This document shows, one piece after another, positions 25,265-36,547 of a stretch of DNA of 64,000 nucleotides. Source of the stretch: Oikopleura dioica (lineage: Eukaryota > Animalia > Chordata); the NCBI GenBank assembly GCA_907165135.1, contig OU015567.1, forward strand, positions 13,454,001 to 13,518,000. Direction: 5' to 3'. A program made the position numbers and the translations under genes. The notes below the pieces were generated by a model. That model had not been told where the DNA came from, did not search any database, and saw nothing but the letters and a program-made list of their open reading frames with translations. Within the stretch, counting starts at the first letter, position 1; each line of letters starts with the position of its first letter.

Positions 25265-28200
25265 ATGAAGATTGCTAGCTTGCTACTTGGGCTGATAGCC
25301 AGAACTAGCGCTGAGCTGCCTCAAAATGGAGGGTACACACTCAAAAACTCAGAAGGTTGCTACAATGATGATGGATCTGCGAATAGATGTTCGCCAGATT
25401 TCCACAATATTGCTTATGGAAAACCTGTAAGTTTGAATATTTTCTTATTCATTTCGTAAATTTGAATTCCATCTTTCCCCTTAATAATAAAATAAGAAGC
25501 GGCACGCATCGATCTTATGATTTTACGAGCATCCTCAAATTTGTCCCCATTCATCTTTGTAAATTATTCCCTTTCAAATAGAAGACGAATTTCCCCATTG
25601 ATCGTTTTTTAACAATTGAATTTTCTATTTGCCTCCAATATTTAATTATAAACAGACGACCAGGTGTGTAAAAGTAATCTTTCTAGGTTGTTGCATCAAA
25701 TACTTGCGGTTTGAACGGGCCCGAGACCTTTTATCGACAAACAACGACGACTCTTCGCTCACACTCGTCTTCTCGCCATCTTCGATTTACTTGTGACGAT
25801 CGCTCCCCCCGAAACGGCCACAACACTCGATTCCTCACCGACAATGAGCCCGAGACAACCTGGTGGCAGTCTGAGACACTCTTCCAGTCTCGTATCAACG
25901 CGCCGAACAATGTCACACTAATTCTTGATCTCGACAAGGCTTATGAAATCACTTACATTCGACTTCGTTTCCACTCTCCTCGACCTGAATCGATGATTAT
26001 CGAGAAGAGAACTTGCGAAACATGCCCGTGGACGAAGTTCCAGTACTACAGTAAAACTTGTGTTGAAACTTTCAATCTCGCTGCTGGTGGCTACGTCCGT
26101 CCAGAAAACGAACGCGAAGCTATCTGCGAGAGTAAGATGTCCAAGATTACTCCGATCTCTGGTGGCGACGTGATTTTCTCCTCCCTTGAAGGTCGACCAT
26201 CCAAGACGAACTTCGAACGTTCTCCAGTTCTACAAGAATGGGTCACTGCTACAAACATCAGAATCACACTTGTTCGACTCAACACCTTCGGTGATGAAAT
26301 TTTCCGCGGAACGAAGGTTCTCCAGTCGTATTACTACGCCATCTCGGATCTTGCTGTCGGTGGACGTATGAAATGCAATGGCCACGCCAAGAAAGCTCTT
26401 CGTGATGCCGAAGGCAAGCCAATTTGTGACTGCCAACACAACACTGCGGGTCCTGATTGCGAAATGTGCCTTCCTCTTTACAACAACAAGCCTTGGACTC
26501 GTGCAACGTCTTTCCACGCTGAGGAATGTGAAAAATGCGACTGCAACGGTCTCGCAGACTCATGTGTTTACGACGATCAACTTGGGCATGGCCGCTGTAT
26601 CGACTGCCAGGACAATTCTGACGGACCAAAATGTGAAACTTGCAAGAAGGGCTTTTTCAAGAATGAGTATGGCAGGTGCGTTCCCTGCGGATGTAACGCT
26701 GATGGATCGCAGTCCGAACAATGCGATGATACTGGCAAGTGCTACTGCCACTATGGCGTTGATGGCGATAAGTGTGACCGATGCAAGGACAATTTTTACA
26801 ATCTCGCTCGTGGCGGATGCACACCGTGCAATTGTCACATCGAGGGTTCTCTCAACAATAGGTAATTCTCTTCTTTCTTTCAATATTTAACCGAAAAATA
26901 GGCCATCATGCGACGCAGTGACCGGCGATTGTTTATGCAAAGAAAACGTGCATGGAAGACAATGCAAAGAATGCAAAAATGGCTTTATGGGCTTGGCCTC
27001 TAGTTTGGGCAACAACTTCCCCGACAAGAACAATCCATCAGGATGCACGGCTTGTTTCTGCTTTGGACATTCAAACAGCTGTTCTCCTGCCAAAAACTAC
27101 GTCAAGGCAACCGTCTCTTCTAACTTCGACCATGACGGCGAAACCTGGGTTGAGATGGATCCTTTCGCAGTCCAATACGATAATGTTCTCGGCTGTGTTA
27201 AATCGACAGAAAGCTTCAGCTTTCCACAAAAGTACTTGACCAACCAGCGACACTCCTACAATCAGCATTTGAAGTTCCAGCTCAAGGTCAAATCTCCCGA
27301 CCAAAATGGGGATTTTATTGCTCCAGCGCGTCTCAGCCTCGTCGGTGTGGGAATCTCAGGTGCTCCAACGGAACTCTCGTGCACACTTCAGAAGACGGAA
27401 AATGATGAGTATCACGTGCGACTTCACGAAAGTGTCTTTGAACCAGCACTTGAGCCCGTGCCCTTTGTCTCCGTGCTCAATAATTTAACTTCTATCGAAT
27501 TGAGCTTCCCTGGTGAAGGTTTGCTCGACAAGGTTGAACTTGAAACTGCTCGAGAAGGATACGGCCCCATTACTCCCGCTAATGAAGCCAACTGGGTCGA
27601 GGTCTGCCACGAACCAAAGCGAACTCCGACTGCTGATGCTTGCAGTCCATATTTCACCTTCCAATCAAACACCAACAACCCTTACCAAGAATGCAAGCCC
27701 TGCCAATGCAACAATCATGCGGCACAGCCTTGTGACATCGTTTCTGGTAAATGCAAATGCGAACATAACACTTGCGGAGATTTCTGTAATGTGTGTTGCC
27801 CCGGATTCTATGGAAATCCGTATGATGGAACCAAGAATGATTGTAAAGCCTGCCCCTGTCCAGCTGGAAGCGAGTGTTCCGCTACTTCAACTGTTCCCCA
27901 GGGTGTTACTGATGGTCTCGCTGTTATTTGCAACCGATGTCCTCCTGGATCTCAAGGACCCCGCTGTGAGCGATGCCAAGAAAACTTTTACGGCGACCCC
28001 CTTGGACTTTATGGCTCGCACCGAGTCTGCCAGGATTGCCAATGCAATGGTAACATTAACCTCCTCGAGCCCGGAAATTGCGATTCCTTCACTGGAAAGT
28101 GCCTTAAATGTATCCATAATACTGAGGGCGATCATTGTGAGCAGTGCAAAGATGGCTTCTATGGTAATCCAGCTGCTCAAGTGACAGAGCAAGCACATGG

Positions 28201-30796
28201 AAAGGGTTGCACTGCCTGCGAGTGCAATGCTAATGGATCACGATCTTCAACTTGTAATAAGGCTACTGGAAAGTGCCACTGTCTTCCTGGAGTTGGCGGC
28301 GATAAGTGTGATGAATGCTTGCCTCAGTATTTCAACCTGGTGCCTGGTGTGGGCTGTCAGCTTTGCAGCTGCGATCCAATTGGTAAGAAATTCTTATTTG
28401 AAACGACAAATTAACTAATTTTACTTTAGGGTCTGTTTCTGGAGAATGCGATGTCTATTCTGGCCAGTGCGAGTGCAAACCAGGAGTCACCGGTACTCGA
28501 TGTGATCAATGTCTACCTGACCACTGGGGACACTCTCCCGAAGGCTGCAGCCCATGTGACTGTAACGAACACGGATCATTGTCATCCCAGTGTAACATTC
28601 ACACCGGTCACTGTGAGTGCCGAGACGGTGTCATGGGAATGCGATGTGATCAGTGCGAGGAGAACTACTTCTACGACAGCACCGATTATGAATGCACGAA
28701 ATGCCCGGCTTGTTATGATCTCGTCCAAAATCACGTGAATCGTCATCGAACTAAACTTGGACAGCTTGATCGTCTTGCCGGAGAAGTCGTCAACAATCCT
28801 CACCGATTCCTCAATGATAAAGAGTTCGAACGTAAGATTTCAGTTTTCAACATTAGTTTTTAAATATTTCTAAGATGCTGTGAATGGACTTCTTTCTGCC
28901 TCTCGAAACTTTGATGAAGATGTTTACGAAGTTCTGGATGTGTTTGAAGCCTTCATGAAGGATTTGTCCGATACTAATCAGACATTCTCCAGCGTCATGC
29001 TCCAGCTTCACCAGTTTAAATCACAGATGGAAACATGTGAACGATCTATCTCCCACTCGAAGAATCAACAGCGAGCTACTGAAGGAACTATCAGTGTGAT
29101 TGAGTCTATTTTCTCCGGAATCGAGCGTGCTTTGCGAGATGCTCATGACCAGCTCAGTGACGCTGAAAATCTTTCTCGAGGTAAAATCAATTTCTTTATT
29201 CTAAACATTACTGACTTGGATAGGTCAATATGTTCGCCACGAAGAACTACGATCGCTCTATTCTCAAGCGATGGGCGCTCTTGACAAGCACCGAACAGAA
29301 AGTGAGAAGGTCCAATTCGCCGCAAAAGCAGCCATGGAAACATCTCAGCGCGCTAGACAACAGATAGAAGGCTCGTTAGACCTGCTGAACGACATGAAGG
29401 GCTCACTGTATACGTTTGTCACCGACGATCTTAAACTCACACAGCAACGAATCACAGCTCTCCGAGACAGCGCTAAACTGGCTAAAAAGCAGGCAACTGA
29501 AGCAAAAAATAAAGTGATGGCTTTGAACATTCCAACTGCAGAGAGTATCCCGGAAATCGATGACCAAAAGATCAAAAAGATGGCAAACGAAATTGAGCTT
29601 CAAGCTGAAGTAAGAAAATTTATATGGAATTTAAGCTAGCCAGTTTTTAGGACTTGAGCAAACGACTTGATCGACTCAAGGATAGACTGCAGGAGTCGAG
29701 GGACAGATACGAAGATGAAGCAACCGTTGCAAATGAGAAATACGAAGCTGGTCGATTTTACTTGAACAAGGCCGACAAACTTCTTGCATCAGTCCACGCG
29801 GCTCAGCAAAAAGCAAAGGGCGACAGAAGTAACATCGACAAACTCTTCAAAAAGTCGCAGCACTTGGTCGATGTTATCAAGAATTATTTCGCTGACGTAA
29901 GTTCTTCACAGAGTCGTCTTTTTTAACGTTCCCCTAGACCAACGGCGACGACATTTCGGGCGATGTCGATCTCGATGGAATCACTGTCGAAAGCCTTGAT
30001 CGAAAAGCAGACGCTCTCACTGACAGAATCGAAAGCTACAAGACCAACGTTGCTGACATGGCGACTCAAGCTGAAAATGCATTCGAAGATGCCGCTGATA
30101 CGCTCAAAACTGCCGATGATAATTTGAAAATGGCGAATACTGTCGTCTCCGAGACGACCCGACTTCAAGACAGCATCTTGATCGATACGGAAAACCTGAA
30201 CGAAAGAGATGGATCCAGTTTCGAAAGAAAATTCATGGACAAGAGCAACGAGGTAAAAAGTTCAAAACGTGAATCTTCTCTTATGTTTTTTCCAGGTCGA
30301 CGAAAAACTCGCTGAATCGAAGCGAATTGCATCGATGGCGTCCAACGCTCGCGAACAAGTCGACACGCTTGCTCTCAATTTGGACAGCATTGATGCCCTT
30401 CTGGCTGAAATCAAGGATCGGGAGCTTTTGGGCATAGTCGACCAGATCAGCAAGACATTTGGAGAGTCAAAGACGCGCGACGATATTGCAAAGACTCAGG
30501 AAGCTTATCAATTGTTGAAAGACAGATTTGAGAACCAAAAAGCGGGTGCGATAGAGAAGGTAGAGCAGATGGAGCGAGATCTTCAGGGCAGCCTCCAGCA
30601 CTTGAGCAAGAACAAGGCGCTGGAGAAAACGCTGCAGAGCGAGGTGGACAGGCTAAGTCAGATCCACGACGCACTACCGAATTGGTGCAAGAAGAACGCC
30701 AAAACCAACGAAAGCGGCTCTTCTTCCGCCTCCTCTTCCTCCGCGGACAGCTCGAGCTCCAGGAATTGGAGAGAACCAATCACGGAGCAAACCTAA
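25265..30796 (+). CDS. LAMC1: Laminin gamma chain (LN, LE repeats, L4, coiled coil); multi-exon
   Basis: Signal peptide, LN domain (LDLDKAYEITYIRLRFHSPRPESM), many 8-Cys LE repeats, domain IV and C-terminal heptads. GT-AG introns. Confidence 0.92.
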
Positions 30797-31557
30797 GTTA
30801 ACATCCACCTGTACATAATGCGCAAAGTTACAAAAAATGTAAATGTATGTTCTATTAATGGTTTATTGCACTATCTCCAGTTCAACTTCTCAAACAAACC
30901 AGTCGTGCTTCACTCCTCGTCTTCTGAACTCTTTACTGTACTTCAAACTGTACTAGTTATATTTGAGCCGAAATGTTACTACAAATTGTTACTGCGACAC
31001 AAACACATTTAGTCTTCTCAAAAACAGCATTGTGAACCAATTTCTAATACTTATTGGAATTAAAAAAGCCTCAAAGTTGATACCACAAAATACAGCATAA
31101 ACAATTGAAATTCGTGTTTTGTTATTGCAAGTTTTGAAGTTAAAACGCGTTTTCTGCAAGATGGCAATCACCGAAATCTGGCTTTTAATTATAACATTCA
31201 TTTCGATGGAACAAATCTCTTTTAGTTTCCAAAAAAATCAATTTCTAATCCGTCAATTCCACTGATATTCAAAATCGAATAACTCGTTTTCCTCCTGACT
31301 CGTTTACGAAAAAACCTAACCATTGTGCTTCTACCTTTTTATTTTCAGTTTTATTTTATTTCTTTTTAGTTTTATTCTTATCTCAGATATTTCTTCTTCT
31401 GTAGCAGCTCTTCCCAAATCATTTATGTTCGACTCAAAGTAAAATAAAGATATTCCAAGTGAACCAAAAACGCTTTGAAGATTTTAACGTAAAAGTCTTG
31501 AAGTTTGGTCTTTATTGATATCATTCAACATTTCACATGATGAAAATGCAGGGCAAA

Positions 31558-32040
31558 TTAAGGATTTGAAGGGTCACAATCGCTCAAGCATTTTGCTGCA
31601 TCCATCTAAGAAGAATTTTAAAAATTTGAACATGTAGGAAAATTCTACCGATAAATCGACTAGGCATCTAAGGAACTCGCGTTCGTTAAGATCTCCATTT
31701 TCGTAACCATCTTCACAGTCAGACGAGCCTTCAAGAGCCGGAGGGACGCATTTTTCCCAGCATGGACCGAGCGTCAGGCAGCCGTCAACTATAGAAGATG
31801 ATAAGAACTTGAAGAAAACAAGACCAAACCTTGAATGCAGCTATCAAACTCCTCTTTGTAGGGCTCCAAGCATCTGTAGTAGTCTTCGCTCTCAAACTCC
31901 CAGGTATACGAACAGTAAACATCTCCCCGGAAAAGTGCACCGACACAGTCAAACATACAGGACCATGATCGAGTTTCTTCTCGAGAAACTGCAGAACCCG
32001 AGGCGACGAAGAAAAGGGTTAAACTTTTGAATACTTTCAT
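31558..32040 (-). CDS. Small secreted cysteine-rich protein, unknown family (3 exons)
   Basis: MKVFKSLTLFF signal peptide. Frame continues through GT-AG introns (VDGCLTLGPCWEKC...; MDAAKCLSDCDPSNP*) with repeated CxxxC. Confidence 0.6.
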
Positions 32041-32249
32041 TTTTAAAAGTCTACGTTAAAAATGTAGAGAAGAAAGAAAGGCAGGTGGGCATTTCTCAAG
32101 ATGAACAAAATGGTGTCTTCGTTGATTTCAGTAAAGTTAACATTTTTTGAAAAAACGACCAATCTCTAGAACAGCTGTTGTTGTTTCGACAAAAAGCATA
32201 AAACGGTCAGTCTTGAAAAGTTCAACTCAAGAATAACACGCAGATAAAA

Positions 32250-32698
32250 ATGCCCGCCAAGCAGAACGTCGCCTTTTTCTGGGACTGGAGCGCCGACAAA
32301 CAGGTCAGTTCAATTTTTGACAAGATAGAAGTCACTTTTGGACCTCTTGATCGTCCACTTTACTTAGAAGCGATTTATTAGAACAGAAAATTAGTATTTA
32401 GGAAAAATTTTATAATCCAGGATTATTAATCCTGTACATACATTTCTTTACACATTTCTACTGGATTTCAGTTTAAACTGCAACGTATTTTAGATCGAGC
32501 AGATCCCAAAAGGATGGAAGGTTGACAAGAAGTGGGTTGCCAGCGTCAAACGTCGAGTCGAAGTGACGAAGAAGACTGCCGAAATTCGACGACTTTCGGA
32601 CACTCCAAAGCCCAAGTGGGCCGTCTGGTAATGACAAAATCCTTGAAACAGTTAACTAACAATTAAACTTTAGTGATCCTTCCAAGCTTCGCCGATAG
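32250..32698 (+). CDS. Small basic protein (~70 aa, 3 exons) missing from the ORF track
   Basis: MPAKQNVAFFWDWSADKQ|IEQIPKGWKVDKKWVASVKRRVEVTKKTAEIRRLSDTPKPKWAVC|DPSKLRR* joined by GT-AG introns. Confidence 0.5.
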
Positions 32699-32831
32699 AT
32701 TGTTCTACCATCAAAATCAGCGCTGGAATTTTTATTCTGTTCTCCACTTATTTATTTTATTTTTGTACTTAATATTTATTTAATAAAACAACTTGCTGAT
32801 CTTCGATAAGATCAGTAAGTTTTGGCTGCTC

Positions 32832-33255
32832 CTATTTTCAGGAGTTCGAAAAATTTGGAGTAAATTTTTTGTAGTCATTTTTCATTTTAATTTCAAAAGT
32901 GGAGATTTTTTTTTCTGGAACTGTTTCTCAAAAAATTTCATTGATTCCATTTGGACCAAAAATAACACCTTGTTCAGACCGATTTTTAAGGGTGTTAGAG
33001 TAATAATTAAGGGTATCTGACTGGGGCAAAATAAAGCTTAGGCCCCGAGCCAGGTTTTTACCGGGGTTTTAGGGGGCCGGGAGGCCCTTAACACCCTTGA
33101 AAATGGGTTTGAACAAGGTGTTATTTTTGGTCCAAATGGAATCGATGAAATTTTTTGAGAAACAGTTCCAGAAAAAAAAATCTCCACTTTTGAAATTAAA
33201 ATGAAAAAATGACTACAAAAATTCTATTCCAAATTTTTCAAACTCCTGAAAATAG
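32832..33255. mobile_element. Foldback (palindromic) MITE-like element, intergenic
   Basis: ~190-bp inverted arms (CTATTTTCAGGAGTT... / ...AACTCCTGAAAATAG). No clear TSD, so the ends are approximate. Confidence 0.7.
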
Positions 33256-33356
33256 TAGTTGCCGTAAGTTTTCTATTTTTATAACCACAGCCTCCTAGGG
33301 CATTTTTAGGAAAACAAAATGCTCTAGAAGCGAATGATTTTGAATAACAGTTAAGT

Positions 33357-34872
33357 TTATTTTTTGTACATTTCATTCAGGGTAAATAAGTTTCTTTGAA
33401 CAGGAAAAATAGCGGATGGAGCGATGACTCCTACTTTGGATAGATGAGTAGTTAATTCGGTGTTGTAGATTGCACTTGATTCGGAGAGCCGCTCTTGCTG
33501 AAAGAGAATGACGCCGAGGTTGTTCCGTGAGACCCAGTCATTTTCCGTCGCGATCAGGGCATTCGCTTCTGATAAAAAATCAATGAGAAGATCATGAATG
33601 ATTGCTTACCGTTTTCCGCCTGTGTCCAATTCTGCTTGAAAGTGTGGATCATGAGCCTGCATTTTGCAAGCGATCGTTCTTTCTGAACTGAGTCGGCCAG
33701 GGCAGAAATCTTCGAGTAAGTAAGCTCGGCTTCTTCGACCATATTTGCGTGGATTTGGATCTTCGCAACTGAAATTGTATTGAATTTCTCTTATCCATTC
33801 TTGGCAAGTACCTTCGCGAAGATGAGCAGGACAATTTTCCCTGCCGAGCTTGTCAAGAAAGACGAGTGCCGCTGTGTGATTATTCGCCTGGACGAAGGCG
33901 GAAGAAACGGCATTTTCCGCTGCGATCTTTCTTCTTTCCCAAATTTTAAGAAAATAGGATTTTTCTTCCTCCGTTTCTACAAAATCATGGCTCTCGTTTA
34001 GAACCTCTTTCGTCGTTTCCATCAGAGCAAAGAGCTTTGAAATGGCCGTATTAATTTCTTTTCCGTTTCCCGTGGAAGCTGCTACTTTGGCAATAATTTG
34101 TAGGGACAGCAATCTCAACCGGAAAGGCAGAATGCTCCCCGTTTGGCCTTCGAATTTTGAAGGAAAGAATTGTTTGTATAAATTCGAATACTGAGAATCG
34201 TCGAATGCCGCTGCTTCCATTTCCGCTAATTTCAGATAAGTTTCGTCCTTGTTCTCGACTAGGCGGAGAGCGGCTTGAAGTCTGAAGAACCAGAGATCGA
34301 AGAAATGTGCGAAGTAAAGCGGATCTTCATCTTTGGGAATAGAGTTGATGATCATCGAGGTCGTGTTGATGACTTCTACGTAATCTTCGCGCTTGAGCAA
34401 TAGAGCAAGATGGTCCATCGGGTCCATATCGTATCGAACGTAAGGATTGGCGACAAATGTAGAAAGTCTAAGAATTTTTGGAATCAACGAAGAAAGCTCG
34501 AAAATTGAAAATCTACCTTGGCTGGGAAATGAACGAATAATCGGAGCTGATGAGAGGCTTTCCATCTTTTCTGTTTTTGAATATTCTCAGAAACTTTTTC
34601 GGCGCCGGCCAGATCGATTTAACCTTTTCTTTGAACTCATCTGATATTGAAACTGAAGTTGACTTCGCTAGAGTTTCGCTTGTTGAAATTTCAATAGCGT
34701 CCATTTGCGCTATCAGTTCTTTGTCGTCCATTTCTTGGATATTCTCTAGGTTCGGAGTGGTATCTGTCGACTCGTTATTGGCTGCTATTTCGCCGAACGG
34801 ATCGTCTTCCTTGCTTGACAGGCGGCCGAATAGATGAGATGCGGTTGCTGTTTCTTCCCCAGAGTCCTCCAT
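33357..34872 (-). CDS. TRAPPC12: TRAPP complex subunit 12 (TTC15)-like
   Basis: LWFFRL...AEMEAAAF...LYKQFFPSKFEGQTGSILPFRLRLL and a TPR-like NNLGVILF resemble TRAPPC12. Confidence 0.75.
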
Positions 34873-35007
34873 TCTAACCTTTTCAAATTTTATGACATAG
34901 AATATACTTACAAAGAGTATGTACATTTTACATTAGTTGTGTGTGGCAGTAGATACGATAACTACATGAAAAAGGCTCATATGAATAAATATGATGATAT
35001 ATTTTTT

Positions 35008-36511
35008 CTACGATTCTCCAGTGAATCGAAGCTGAATCGTAACAGGAGCGGCATACGCTTTATCTAAATGAGCTCTCTTGATTCAGATGATAGAATTTGA
35101 TCTACCTGTAACTTGAATCTCCTGATTTCCGAGAGAAAGCTCCTCAAGGGTCCTCGATAGATTCTCATGTGTTCCTTGGATATTGTCCATGAAGAGAACC
35201 TTTTCGCTGTTTTCTATGTTCGCTGTCTGAATAAGGTTAAGTCTTTCGAGATGCTGATAATTTTACTAGAGCAGGGCCAGATAATTCGTTTTCATCTTTG
35301 AGCTTCGCAATGAGATCACCAAGAGTTTTTTCCTGAGCGAATTAATAATATTTTATTGAATAATGCCTGAATTTTACCTTTCCCACTTCAATAACCCTCC
35401 TTTTCTTTCCACAGACGACGCAGTCTTCTTTCCTTTCAGCGGGATAAACAAACTGGTAAATTCCTGCGTTCTGGTTCAGCATTGAATAGTTGTCCATGTT
35501 ATCAAACGAATATGTGGCTAGTTTGAAGGCTTCTGTCACGCATTGGGAAGCTTCAAACAAAATAAATCACGCGATTAATCATTTTTATAGTAATTACCGA
35601 TCACAGAATTAGTAGAAGCCACAGCAGGAATGATCCTTTTAATGACACCTTGCGTCTTTCTGAAATCAATCCCACTAGCGTCAATGTTGAATTCTTCCGC
35701 TCGCTCTCGAGCCTTTTCCGTCAACCAAGTTATATGAGAAAAGTTGTCTCCGTCGACGGGCTCTCCTTGGAATGGATCTTCTTCTTCCCAAGCGATGATT
35801 CTGCTCCATTCGATGCAGTGTTCTGGAAGACGTGGGACCGAAGCAATGGTGCAAAGAGGAAAATTTACTATAATTTGTATAAGTGAGGAAAAATAAGAGT
35901 TAAAAATAACCTTGTGGCGGGAAAAGATCCAAGTTGCACTCAAGACAAGCAGTCATTGTGGGACAAATGAGCCTACAGTGGCCCCTAAAGCCTTCAGTCC
36001 CTCCATCAATAATCGGCCGAATCGACTGGGGAAGAATATTTCCGTCATCATCATGAATCAAAAGCGAAAACATTTTCGCGTTTATCCACCTCCTTGCTTG
36101 AACAGAATCGAGTCCAAGGATGACTATTTGAAATTGTCGATAAAAATCGGAATCTTTTTCTTCAATTCTGCAAAAATGCGGCGTCACCGACGCTTCTGGA
36201 ACTCGGCCCATGATAAATTCAGCAGCAACGTCTGCTTTGCCTCGTCCGACGTCCTTTTGCCGGAAGAGAAACTGACGATTTAAATTTGAAAGATCAATCG
36301 TATCCATGTCGATAATGTCGATTTTGCCGAAGCCAGAGAGAGCCATACATTTCAGAATTTCACAGCCAAGGCCTCCTGCGCCGACGATAAGAACGCGAAT
36401 TTCGTTCTGTAATAGATCGAGTAGTTCCTCACTAGCTTCGAAATCCTCTTTTGCTAATTTCGAGGTCTTCGATAAATAGGCTCGCAGAGCCTGAAAGCGG
36501 TGTCCTTCCAT
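35008..36511 (-). CDS. UBA3: NEDD8-activating enzyme E1 catalytic subunit
   Basis: [61 protein letters not shown] (catalytic Cys). Confidence 0.95.
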
Positions 36512-36547
36512 TCTAAAAAAGACAGAAATACAATCTTTGAATTGCAT

